Shown piece by piece: positions 50,855 through 62,468 of a stretch of DNA of 64,000 nucleotides (positions within the stretch are counted from its first letter, which is position 1; every line of letters begins with the position of its first letter). This DNA comes from Schmidtea polychroa (lineage: Eukaryota), in NCBI GenBank assembly GCA_044892525.1, contig CM097886.1, positions 104,904,001 through 104,968,000 on the forward strand, written 5' to 3'. A model generated the notes under the pieces. That model was given only the letters and a program-made list of their open reading frames with translations. It was not told where the DNA came from and did not search any database. Both the position numbers and the translations under genes were made by a program.

Positions 50855-51098
50855 AGTAGTGGTTATAAGACCCTCACGGACATAACCCTTTTGGTAGTTT
50901 GCTAAATTCCATCTCTTCTCCTTTTTTCTTATGTTTATAGGGCTTAAAAACAAAAACCCTCGGCTTTTTTTTGTTAAAAATAAGGGGTCTAAAAGAGTTA
51001 AAAGTGTAAAAATTAGGGGTGTTATTAGTATATATTAAGTGTTTGGAAGCAGCTTTCAACAGGGGGGTTGTGTCTGTGAGGGTCTTATAACCACTACT
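50855..51098 (-). repeat. Right terminal 244-bp module (inverted copy of 35938-36181)
   Basis: Near-identical reverse complement. Weaker TIR similarity continues ~80 bp inward. Confidence 0.9.
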
Positions 51099-51470
51099 CA
51101 TACTTTTTCAAAATTTTTCTAAGTCAAAACAAAGACATGTAAGAAATAGCAAAAAATTTTTATGACTCATACTTTTTCAAAATTTTTCTAAGTTAGAACA
51201 AAGACATGTACCCCCCCCCCTACCCCCTTGCAAAAAATTTTTATGACTCATACTTTTTCAAAAATTTTCTAAGTCAAAACAAAGACATGTAACCCCCCCC
51301 CCTAGTAAAAAAATTTTTATGACTCATACTTTTTCAAAATTTTTCTAAGTCAAAACAAAGACATGTAACCCCCCCCCCCATAGCAAAAAAAAAATTTTTA
51401 TGACTCATACTTTTTCAAAATTTTTCTAAGTTAGAACAAAGACATGTAACTCCTAGCATTAATTTTTATG
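51099..51470 (+). repeat. ~70-80-bp satellite (5 units) containing ATGACTCAT and C-runs
   Basis: Unit tcatactttttcaaaatttttctaagt(c/t)a(a/g)aacaaagacatgta(c)n..gcaaaaaatttttatgac. Polinton 1 is inserted in it. Confidence 0.88.
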
Positions 51471-52660
51471 AATCATTATTATTATTTCAAAATATTACTA
51501 TAATAATTAATATTATTATTATTGATATTAATACTATTTAAATTATTTTTATTATTAAACATCCTTAGTATTATTTTTTAAAATTATTGAATGACTTTAA
51601 TATTGCATCTGAATTGCATCTTTCTTTATTAAACTTGCAACTGTATTGCCGTTGTCTTTCTTAATCATATATTATTTTTTTTTCTAACCTATTATCTTTC
51701 AATTTATTTAAATATTATTATTATTATTATTATTAATATTATTATTATTATTATTAATATTATTTTTTTCTAAATCAATAACAAATAACTGATTAAAAAT
51801 TTATTGATTAAAAAATCTATTAAAAACTAAGAGCAAGACTTGCACGTTCTAATCTCCATATTGGAGAATAAATATTGTTTTGGTCCACTTTGAATTCTAA
51901 GTTAGAACAAAGACATGTATCCCCCCCTCTATTTTTAAATTTTTTATTATATATATTTTTTTCAAACAATTTTAGTTTCTAATTATTATTATTTCAAAAT
52001 ATTATTAATATTATTATTAATATTATTACTATTTAAATTATTATTATTATTAAACATCCTTAGTATTATTAATATTATTTTTTAAAATTATTGAATGACT
52101 TTAATATTGCATCTGAATTGCATCTTTCTTTATTAAACTTGCAACTGTATTGCCGTTGTCTTTCTTAATCATATATTATTCTTTTTTCTAACCTATTATC
52201 TTTCAATTTATTTAAATATTATTTTTATTATTATTATTAATATTAATATTATTATTATTAATATTATTTTTTTCTAAATCAATAACAAATAACTGATTAA
52301 AAATTTATTGATTAAAAAATCTATTTAAAACTAAGAGCAAGACTTGCACGTTCTAATCTCCATATTGGAGAATAAATATTGTTTTGGTCCACTTTGAATT
52401 CTAAGTTAGAACAAAGACATGTATCCCCCCCCTCTATTTGTAAATTTTTTATTATATATATTTTTTTCAAACAATTTTAGTTTCTAATTATTATTATTTC
52501 AAAATATTATTAATATTATTATTGATATTATTACTATTTAAATTAGTATTATTATTATACATCCTTAGTATTATTAATATTATTTTTTAAAATTATTGAA
52601 TGACTTCAATATTGCATCTGAAATGCATCTTTCTTTATTAAACTTGCAACTGTATTGCAG
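51430..52660 (+). repeat. ~470-500-bp AT-rich tandem units (left inverted-repeat arm)
   Basis: AAGTTAGAACAAAGACATGTA recurs at ~51428, ~51899 and ~52403. Confidence 0.85.
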
Positions 52661-52819
52661 CGGTCTTTGTTAATCATATATTTTCTATCCTTATTTGTGT
52701 TAGCAAGGGTCATTATATAATAACTTATACAAATTATTATTAAAACAACCAATGAAAGCCATACACATAAATGGTATAAATAAAATGAAAAACAAAAAAA
52801 AATCATATTTCATTTAAAA

Positions 52820-53333
52820 ATGAACGCGGAAATAATTGAAATTTAGACGGAGTGGTATCAAATGAAAGGGGAGGTGAATTAATCACAAATATTCAAATTC
52901 TCGTGGATGAAGCCATGAAAATTTACAGAAGGAATCCCGTCGATTTTTCGTGGATCCTCACAAGGAAAACCATAAATGCAAAGGAAAATGCATTTAAAAG
53001 CATATTTTATTCCTTATTTGAAAATATGAAGTGGTCACGGGTCATCGTGGCTTTCTTATACATGAAAATTATTTTACAAAGATCTGAAGAGAACTATGAA
53101 AGATACTTTCAATGGTCTGTACAGGTATGTGTATATATATATATATATATTTTTAAAATAATATCTAGATAATTCAAAATGAAATTTCGCCATGGGTATC
53201 AGAAAATGGATCCTGGAATGTCATTAATGAAATTGTTGAAAAACGAAAATCTCAAGACAAGACAAAATTAATTTTAATAATGTTTGGAATTACTGTATGT
53301 TGTTTTTCTATAAAATATATTTTTAAAAAGTAG
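52820..53333 (+). pseudogene. bcl2-like: Intron-containing Bcl-2 family gene (intron 53125-53168), with lesions
   Basis: Exon 1 has BH1-like LFENMKWSRVIVAFLY. A phase-0 44-nt GT-AG intron follows. Exon 2 has BH2-like ISPWVSENGSW, then a TM anchor LILIMFGITVCCFSIKYIFKK after a 1-nt frameshift. Confidence 0.75.
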
Positions 53334-53680
53334 TACTTCTTTTATTCTTTAATATTGTAAAATAAAAAAAATTTTAATCTTTATTATTTATTACACTATA
53401 ACATTCGCATTCCTCGTCACCACATTTATTATCTTTATTTGTTTCTTCATCATTGTTCATATTTTTGTCATATTGTGCATCATCCGATATATGATTATAT
53501 ATTTATTCCGGTCATTTCTAATATTTTTTCGGCTAAATACTTTATCAGATCATCTATAAAAATAATTAAAAAAAAAATAATAATATTAATAATTTAATAA
53601 TTAATAAATAATAATATTAATAAATAATAATATTAATAAATAATAATATTAATAAAATAATAATATTAATATTTGTTGAG

Positions 53681-54193
53681 GTGTGTGAGTCTGATGAGTT
53701 AAATAAATTAAATAGTGTGAGCAAGGATGATGAGCCTAAATTTGTGTTAGTATTGCCGTACTCAGAAGGTTTTAAGGATTATAAAGTGAAGATAAGAAAG
53801 CAGTTAGGGAATTTAAACTATAGGATAGTGTCAACTTCATGGAAAGTACGCAATATGTTTATTAATAAGTCAAAGACTCCGGTTGAATTGTGTTCCGATC
53901 TCGTTTATCAGTTGTCATGTAATGGGTGTAATGCCACATACATTGGAGAGACTTCCCGTCATCTCTGTATTCGAGCTCGAGAACATTGTAGACCGAAGTC
54001 TTTGACCCATATTGGTGAGCACAATAAGGGCTGTAAGATTAAAATAGGTATGTCTGATTTTAAAATTTTATTAAAAAACTTTGATAATTATTGGGAACGT
54101 GTGATTTGTGAGGCGTTGTTGATAAAATCATTGAATCCGAAAATTAATGTGCAGAATGCTGTAAATACTTGTGTGTTGAGTGTTTTTAAATAA
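53681..54193 (+). CDS. Penelope RT C-terminus + GIY-YIG endonuclease (fragment)
   Basis: VY..SC..C...YIGET motif with the CCHH pattern typical of PLE endonucleases. Confidence 0.88.
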   Translation: MCESDELNKLNSVSKDDEPKFVLVLPYSEGFKDYKVKIRKQLGNLNYRIVSTSWKVRNMFINKSKTPVELCSDLVYQLSCNGCNATYIGETSRHLCIRAREHCRPKSLTHIGEHNKGCKIKIGMSDFKILLKNFDNYWERVICEALLIKSLNPKINVQNAVNTCVLSVFK

Positions 54194-54387
54194 GCTTTTG
54201 TGTATTGTATGTATTGTTTGTTGTGTTAAATTAAATAATTGATAAAAAATTTTTAAATTTTTAAATTATTAAATTAAATTTTAAATGTTAAAGTTTTTAA
54301 AAAAAAAATAATATTTTTATAAAATAAAAAATTTTTTATATATAATTAAATTTGTTTAAAATCCTTTATTTAATAAGTATTATATCC

Positions 54388-54426
54388 CACCTGATGATGA
54401 CAGGAAAACTGTCGAAATTAATCGTG
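54388..54426 (+). ncRNA. Minimal type I hammerhead ribozyme
   Basis: CAC-CUGAUGA-U-GACAG(GAAAA)CUGUC-GAA-AUU/AAU-C^-GUG: intact core, 5-bp stem II, palindromic stem III, 3-bp stem I. Confidence 0.85.
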
Positions 54427-54832
54427 AAAAAAATGTTTGATTGGCGTTATCTTATAATTAAATCATTGCCATGTATGTTTAACTATTTATTAATAATAAA
54501 ATACCTTTTTCATTTAAAGTAGACATTTTATGTATTTTATGTATTATGTGTCTTTGTTTATTTGCATGTTTATTGCACATGTCTTTATGTTATTCATGTG
54601 ATGACTTAGTCATCTCTTTGTTAAAAATACTCATCATTTCCTTGTTTAAATTTAGTAGTCATGTCTTTCTAATTTACATGCTATTTATTTTTTCTAACCA
54701 ATCACAATTCTGATTGGTCAATTTTATCATTTCACTAAATACTCAATTTCGATTGGTCGGTGAGTAAATCTTTTTGTTTTGATATTATGTATAATCATTA
54801 CTTTTAATTTCACTTTTAGAAAATTTCAAAAT

Positions 54833-57800
54833 ATGAACAAGCAAATATTCATGACTAAAGAAGAAGAATTGATTTCGCGAAAAAGTAAATTTATTATTTT
54901 TATTTTTAAACTTGAATTTATTATTATGTTTTAGGAAATGTTTGTCGCTTTTTCATTGGGAATCCGAAAAAAGCTCGTTTAGGAAACATACAGCAAAGCA
55001 AAATTTATTTAATTTTTAAAATTTTATTAATATTTTCCTATTAGATGTTTTAGCTTCAACTTCCGCTTCTATTCGATCCAATTTTTTGCCTGTGGATATT
55101 GATGAAGGTAAATTATTATTACTATTCAAAATATATATATATATATATTCAGAAAACAACCAAAATGTACCCAACAAATCTCCCAGGAATGACAAAAAAG
55201 AAAAATATTTAATGAACAATGCCATTCAAAAACCAAACATGCCCAATATTTCGACAAATGCCAAACAAAAATTAACCAACAAGTCTCGCAGGAAGAACAA
55301 AAAAGAAAAATGTAAGTGTTTTCAAATTGAAATATGTGATTCGAATAATTTATTTATTAATTATGATATATATATTTTAAAGTAATTTATATTTTAGTTT
55401 TTATTACGTTTTTATAAAATAATAACTGTTTTCCAATTGAAATATATGATTAGAATAATTTATTTAATAATTATGATATATATATTTTCAAGTAATTTAT
55501 ATTTTAGAATTTATTATGTTTTTATAAAATAATAACTGTTTTCCAATTGAAATATATGATTAGAATAATTTATTTAATAATTATGATATATATATTTTAA
55601 TGTAATTTATATTTTAGAATTTATTATGTTTTTATAAAATAATAACTGTTTTCCAATTGAAATATGTGATTCGAATAATTTATTTAATAATTATGATATA
55701 TCTTTTTTCAAGTAATTTATATTTTATTACTTTTTATAAAATAAATAATTCAAAATAATTATCGATTTTTTTTTTAAATTATTTTATTTGGAAAAATTTA
55801 CATTTTAATAATATTTTTGAAAATAAATTTCATAATAGTTATCAACTTAAATAATAAAAACATTTAATGAAATAGTTAAAACCGATAAAAAAATTATAAC
55901 AAATTCTGAGGAAACTGAAATTATTGCACCAGAACCTATAGCAATTACTGAGGTTATAATAATTTCTGATGACGATGAAAATGTACAAGAAGAAGAAGAA
56001 TATGGAGCTGAAGATCACGAGGGAGACCGTAGAGAAGATAGGCCAGAAGATGGTGGAGAAGATGGAGCTGAAGATCGTGGAGAAGATGGTGCTGAAGATG
56101 GGCCAGAAGATGGTGGAGAAGGCCTTGGAGAAGATGAATAAAATTTACCAGTGATCGAATATGATTTGAATCGATTGCATAGAGTAATAAAATTAAACAT
56201 TGAAAGATATAATATGAATACCATTGAATTACCAGTTCCTATTTTACTTGCATTGAGAAATGCTTTAAACGAACTCGGTCACGCAAAAATCCAATTTGGG
56301 GTTAATGTGGAATTTATTAAAGATGGAGGCACAAAAACTGCGTGGATTTCCAATAAAGCAACAGAATATTCAGAAACATTCCTTGAGCAAGGTATTAAAA
56401 AATTATACGAAAAAATAAATGTTCGAACTGTTGCGGGAAGCAGTTGGATTGTGAACAAAGTGTTAGAAATAATTTTCACTGTCACAAAATATCATCCAAT
56501 AAGTAGGCTAAGCGGACATAGCTACTTGAAGACACCAGCGACTTTAGCTAATAAACATGCTATAGTTAATATTAAAAATACGGATAATTTATGCTTTCTT
56601 TATAGCATACTTTGTATTAAAAATTTGGATGTAATTCGAACAAATAGGCAACGAGTTGAGAATTATGCAGATTATATGGATCAATTGATGTATGATGAGG
56701 AAGATTTTCCTATGCAGTTATCTAACATAAGGAAATTCGAGCGAATTAATCCAGGACTGGCAATCAATGTTTTCAGTTACACTTGCACAAATGTTTTGAA
56801 CATCGATGAAAATGATGAGGAAACCGTTTTTAAACATCCGAATTTGGATATAATACATCGGACTAAAGTAGAGGGCGTAGCACCGATCTATTTGCTAATG
56901 TTGGAAGAAGGTGAAAAGTTTCACTATACTGCTGTTACTAATATGCAGCGGTTAATGAATTGTCATGAGAAGGAAGATTGCCCAGTTCGGATTCAGTGCA
57001 AATGGTGCGAAACATGTCTGAATGGCTTTAGAAAAGATATGGCTTTTGAAAAACACAAAGTAATTTGCAGAAAAAATATGCTCGGTACTACAATGTACAC
57101 GATGCCTCAAAATAAAGATTTGGTATTTAGTGATTGGTCCAAAACAGTCACTCCACCATATGTTATTTACGCCGATTTCGAGGCGATCTTACCCGATGAT
57201 GAAATACATCATCAAATTCATTTACCAATAGCAGTGGGGCTGTTGTTGATAAATAATTTCACTGGGGTAAGTCAATACCATCAATTTATTGGGCCGGAAT
57301 GTATTGTGGAGTTTTTGGCAAAAATTGAACAACTGGGGCAGCAAGTAGTTTTGCCATACTATTATAGAAATGCAAGGAAAACAATGATAATGTCAGCAGC
57401 AGAACGGATAGCATATAATAGGGCGCGAGTGTGTTATCTGTGCAATAAAAGAAAATATTTAGTCAGAGATCATGACCATTTTACGGGCGAATATTTGGGC
57501 GCAGCATGCAATGACTGCAATTTATCAAGACAAATAAGATATTTATTACCGGTAGTATTTCATAATCTGAAAGGATATGACTTACACCATATTTTGAAAT
57601 ACGGACTCAATGAATTTACACATTGGTCCTTAAATTGTATTCCAACAACAACGGAAAAATTTTTATCATTGATGGTGAGAATAAAAAACTTAACCGTGCG
57701 TTTCATTGACAGTTTGCAGTTTGTCAATGATTCGTTGGCAAAAGCGGTTAAGACATTGAGTGGATTACCGCTAACTCGTTCAGTATTTGGTGGAACATTG

Positions 57801-59458
57801 GTAGAAACAAAAGGGATTTTCCCTTATAATCATGCGAAAAGCTTAGAAATTTTGGAAAACACAACAGAATTGCCACCGATTTGGGAAAAAGTAACACAAG
57901 AAGAATATCAGAAAGCACTGGAAATTTGGGAAGAAACCGGTTGTCAAAATTTACTGGATTACATGAAAATATATTTGAAGCTGGACGTGTATTTACTGGC
58001 CGACGTATTCCAGCAGTTTCGAGCAAGATCAATAGCGCACAATAAATTGGAGCCACTAAATTTCTTTGGTATTCCCGGAATGAGTTGGGCATCGGCACTC
58101 ATGACGCTAAGGGAACCCATCGAGCTTTTAGTCGACATCGAAATGTACAATTTTTTCGATGGAGGTATACGTGGTGGTCTCACATTTGTGAATAAACACT
58201 ATGCAGTGTCGTCAGAAAACACTGAGTTGTTGTATATCGACATCAACAACTTATACGGCTGGGCATTGAGTCAAAAATTGCCATGTAAAAATTTTAAATG
58301 GATACTGGAGGAATCGGATTTGGAATCGATTTTGGAACAATGTGTGAATCAAGATTTAGAAACATTGGATTATGGCTATACCATGGAGGTGGACATGGAA
58401 ATTCCAGATGATTTACACGACAAATTCGATGATTTCCCAATCGGTGCAGAGAAGATGAAAGTGAATAAAGTCGAAAAGTTAATGCTAACACATTTACCAA
58501 AAACAAACTATGTTTTACATTGGCGACTCCTGAAAATGTACATGTCATTGGGTGTACAAGTGGAGAAGATACACCGGGCAATAAAATATGAGCAAAAATG
58601 TATCTTTAAGAACTATATAGATACGAATACACAATTGCGGGCAAATTCAACAAATGCTCTGGATAAAAACTACTACAAGTTATTGAACAATAGCTTGTAT
58701 GGCAAAACAGTAGAAAATTTAAAGAAGCGGTTGAATCTGAGGCTGTGCAACAAACAATCAAAAATGGAAACTTATGCCTCAAAGCCCACATTTAGGAGGT
58801 CGATCAAAATAGCAGATGATCTGATAGCAGCAATATTGAATATGGAAACTGTATGTTTAGATAGGCCAAGTTACATTGGGCAAAGTGTACTTGACTTATC
58901 CAAACTTAGAATGTATGAATTGCACTATGTAGAACTGGAGAAGTATGCAGTATAGATATTTTAGCAGGGGACACGGATAGTTTTTTCCTGGAATGTAAGA
59001 ATGTGAAGTTGAGAACACAATTACTTCCAGCCATGATTGCCGATAATTTATTGGATACAAGCAATTATGATCCGACAGACCCTTTGTACAATCAAAACTT
59101 GGATTCAGTTATAGGGAAATTCAAGGATGAAAATAAAGGTAAAAAATATAAAGAAATGATATTTCTAAGACCCAAGTGCTATAGCCTCTTGAATGAAGAT
59201 AATGATACAACAAATAAGGCAAAAGAGGTAAATTTAGAGGATAGTATTATAAATCATCAATCATATGTAGATTGTTATAATGGTATGGAAATACCGCCAA
59301 TTCCTCAAAGTAATATAAGCACTAGAAATCATCAGCTTTTCACTATAAAAAATAATAAGGTTGCATTAACAAATACTGATGATAAAAGGGTCTGGGTTGC
59401 TATAAATAAAAGTCATGCATATGGGCATTATGCAGTAAATTGGCGGGCTCCTATTTAA
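54833..59458 (+). pseudogene. polB: Spliced pPolB gene of element 2 (exons 54833-54884, 54935-54997, 55045-55107, 55153-55311, 55876-59458), with TAA at 56139 and a frameshift near 58950
   Basis: YADFE, FHNLKGYD, LDVYLLAD, DINNLYG, KLLNNSLYGKTVEN; GDTDS lies in the shifted frame. The four upstream introns are all phase 1 and keep the frame. Confidence 0.75.
55321..55748 (+). repeat. 110-bp tandem repeat (~3.9 copies) inside predicted intron 4
   Basis: TTC(A/C)AATTGAAATAT starts at 55321, 55431, 55541 and 55651. Confidence 0.9.
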
Positions 59459-59504
59459 CAACCAGGTTCACAAGAACTTATATATAATCGGTAAAAATTA
59501 TTAA

Positions 59505-59583
<79 letters not shown>
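59505..59583. repeat. (TAT)n microsatellite
   Basis: Direct reading. Similar tracts at ~51715-51765 and ~62395-62468. Confidence 0.95.
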
Positions 59584-60082
59584 GTTTCAGTAGTATCATC
59601 AGTTTAAATTTCTACAGATTATTTCAAACCCGATTNNNNNNNNNNNNNNNNNNNNNNNNNNNNNNNNNNNNNNNNNNNNNNNNNNNNNNNNNNNNNNNNN
59701 NNNNNNNNNNNNNNNNNNNNNNNNNNNNNNNNNNNNNNNNNNNNNNNNNNNNNNNNNNNNNNNNNNNNNNNNNNNNNNNNNNNNNNNNNNNNNNNNNNNN
59801 NNNNNNNNNNNNNNNNNNNCTATCAGCGAGTCGTGTTTGCCCTGATAACTTGTTATGTTGCTCAATGGTATTATTATTATTATTTTAGAATTTTAGTTTT
59901 ATTCACCACAGTGCTTTCAATTTGAGAACGAAAAAACGGTGCTCTTTAGGGTCCCAAATATTGATTGTAAAAAAAAAAACTTTGAGAATGTGTAACGGTC
60001 CTCTTTAGGGCTATAATTTGAGAATGTGTAACAGTCCTCTTAGGGCTATAATTTATGATTGTATAAAATAAAAAGCATTTAT

Positions 60083-60430
60083 TTAAACAGATAAATAATC
60101 AATAGCCCCCAATAAACATTGTTGATACGCGCAATTTAGATGAGTTCCATAAATACAGTGAATATTTTCTGGGATTTTCCGAATGGTTTTGAATTGATAC
60201 AATATTAATCGTAAATTCGGGAAGCTTTTCTTTAGTTTTTGATACTTTCTTTCATCGATAACATAGAAAATACTTTCATTTTTTATTGTTTTCAAATATT
60301 CTTCGTGAAATTTCGAATTAATGTAAACACAATGTATAGGCTCTAAAATATTATTCACATCCATAATACATAATTCAGTAACAGTATCAAATAGAATATC
60401 AATGAAAAAACAAGTCATTTTAAAAAACAT
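60083..60430 (-). CDS. Hypothetical protein of element 2
   Basis: ATG-initiated 115-aa ORF directly downstream of the protease; no motif recognised. Confidence 0.4.
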   Translation of the reverse strand: MFFKMTCFFIDILFDTVTELCIMDVNNILEPIHCVYINSKFHEEYLKTIKNESIFYVIDERKYQKLKKSFPNLRLILYQFKTIRKIPENIHCIYGTHLNCAYQQCLLGAIDYLSV

Positions 60431-60434
60431 TTAT

Positions 60435-60836
60435 TTAGTAATGTTTATACATTAGCCAAGCAAGACAATGTTGACCACATGTTTGAGTCAATGGATGTTG
60501 AAACTGAATTTTGTTGTATTCAATAGGACCACCATATAAGGTTAGTTTTTTGATCAAAAGAGTAATATAATAGAAACCCATAGGTTCGAAAACATATACG
60601 TTATCGGGCTTCTTATAGACTGCAATCCAGTGTTCTCCACCAAGAGTAGACGAATCAGTGTTGACAATAATGGGTTTTTTTTTAAATAGGGGATTTTATC
60701 TAATGGGTACACTCCAACAAACTTATTTCACAGAATTTGATAACCAATTCGATTAACCTGAACAGAATGATTATAATAATAACATTAGTTATTAAAAACT
60801 TACTCCATGACAAGCTAATTTCTTTCTTTACTTCAT
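60435..60836 (-). pseudogene. Adenain-like cysteine protease (not in ORF track), with predicted intron 60758-60803, stops and a frameshift in an A-run
   Basis: Manual translation gives KFVGVYPLDKIP / PIIVNTDSSTLGGEHWIAVY...FEPMG...NKIQFQHPLTQTCGQHCL. Confidence 0.8.
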
Positions 60837-60854
60837 TTATGATCAATAAAAAAA

Positions 60855-61242
60855 ATGTTTGTTCAAACCAACAATGCGGAAACAAACCTAAAGCGAAAAA
60901 CATACTATTATATTTTTCAAAACTGGAAAATGTTGAATAATGGGTTGTAAAGCTACAATAATTACGAATGATTTGCAGTATAAAAATACAAATATAGTGT
61001 TACAATAAATTACCGTTACTATAGATCTGGGAAAATGTATTAATTTATACAAATTGAGTAAACAAACCAATTGCATGTTCGAACCAGAATTATTTCCAGC
61101 TTTGAGATATATAAAATATAACCCTATGTGTGTCAATGTGTTTTCGAGTGGAAAAGTTGTTGTGTTAGGGCTTAGAAATTTAGGTTACATCTCATTCGTT
61201 GATAATTTAGTAAAGGATATCATAAGATTGGTTGAGAAATGA
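60855..61242 (+). pseudogene. tbp-like: TATA-binding-protein-like gene with in-frame stops
   Basis: One frame reads HTIIFFKTGKC*IMG...LQ*ITVTIDLG..INL..L...FEPELFPAL......CVNVFSSGKVVVLG, matching both TBP repeats (TALIFSSGK; YEPELFPGL...IFVSGKVVLTG). Confidence 0.75.
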
Positions 61243-61301
61243 TTGGTTGAGAAATGATACTTATTATGGTTATCAAATACGATAATTCATTTTTTTTCAC
61301 C

Positions 61302-61669
61302 ATGAATAATCTTACTGAAAATGGTATTTTATAATTAATTATTTTCAATTTTATCATTTATATTTAGAAAAGTTGATGTCGATTTTGTTAATGAAAATGG
61401 ATGAATTATATCCAAAAATATGTTCAGATCTGATGTGTTGCGCGCCGGAGATTCTTCCATTCCGAATTAAGATGGCAACAGGAATCAATCTAGTTGAAAT
61501 CCTACAAAAGCATTTGAATACAATCGACAATGATTTGCCTATTATTGTGCATCCAGGAGTTTGCGCTTATGAGTGCGATGCATGCATGGATCGTCTTCGC
61601 GTTTATCATATTTGGGTTTTACATGCGGAACTACGCAAAAACCACTTCAGTTCCATTGTTGATCTATAA
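61302..61669 (+). CDS. Two-exon hypothetical protein (intron 61324-61367)
   Basis: ATG exon of 22 nt, a 44-nt GT-AG phase-1 intron, then joins ORF 61373-61669 in frame; contains CxxCxxC. Confidence 0.55.
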
Positions 61670-61994
61670 TAAATGTTTTTATGTTTTGTAATGTTTTATT
61701 ATTTGTTACATAAATTGTAAATTTAATTAGGTTGACAATTTTTATTAGTATTAAGTTATTTTATAATATTAAGAATTTTTATAGTGTAATAAATTGTTTT
61801 ATATTATTAAACCATGCAACACTTAAACAAGGCAAAGGCAACACAAATGCACGATTCTGATTGGCCGACCTTTGTTATAAATAAACAATGCTCTTTTTAT
61901 TAATCATAATTTCAAAATGAATAAGAAAATAAGTGAAAACAAAATTGTTGAGAAACCTGCTCTACAACCAGAGTAACTTTTCCATAATTTCAAA

Positions 61995-62330
61995 ATGTAT
62001 TTCCTAAAAGATCCGATGGAAATAAAGTTAACGAATCCTGTCAAGTTATGCAAAACTCTTTATCCCCATCTTATGGCAACTTTGTCAACAGAAGATGTTG
62101 AAGTTTTAAAGAAATTGTTTACGAAAATCAATAACAATATCCAAGTAACGAATACAGTGTTTTTCAATGTTCGTCAAGCTCGATTTTATGATGCATTTCA
62201 AGAAATTATATTCAAGGAGAATAAAAACTGGTATGTCACAATAAAGATTCAAGGATTCAAAGTAGACCAAAACAATATTTATTCTCCAATATGGAGATTA
62301 AAACGTGCAAGACTTGCTCTTGGTTTTTAA
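61995..62330 (+). CDS. Hypothetical protein, possibly an OB-fold ssDNA-binding protein
   Basis: C-terminal V.IKIQG......SPIWRL strand pattern is reminiscent of viral SSBs; weak. Confidence 0.35.
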   Translation: MYFLKDPMEIKLTNPVKLCKTLYPHLMATLSTEDVEVLKKLFTKINNNIQVTNTVFFNVRQARFYDAFQEIIFKENKNWYVTIKIQGFKVDQNNIYSPIWRLKRARLALGF

Positions 62331-62403
62331 TAGATTTTTTTTTAATCAATAAATTTTTAATCAGTTATTTGTTATTGATTTAGAAAAAATAATAATAATA
62401 ATG

Positions 62404-62468
<65 letters not shown>

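Larger units (their letters stand above)
35938..51098. mobile_element. Polinton/Maverick 1 (15,161 bp)
   Basis: AGTAGTGG...CCACTACT termini, 6-bp TSD CATATT/CATACT (1 mismatch), TIRs, and pPolB, INT, ATPase, PRO, MCP and penton genes. Confidence 0.95.
53670..54480 (+). mobile_element. 5'-truncated Penelope-like retroelement
   Basis: ORF 53681-54193: LPY thumb remnant plus GIY-YIG (LVYQLSCNGCNATYIGETSR.L..R.REH...EALLI...P.IN). The 3' region carries a hammerhead. Confidence 0.88.

Noticed and set aside
55969-56224. ORFs 55969-56154 (+) and 56015-56224 (-)
   Set aside because: Off-frame readings of the GAAGATGG repeat; the acidic frame continuous with pPolB is the better reading.
40383-61242. 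Alternative genetic code to explain in-frame TAA/TGA in Polinton genes
   Set aside because: Frameshifts co-occur, stops replace different residue types, and long neighbouring ORFs end normally at TAA/TGA/TAG. Decay is the simpler explanation.
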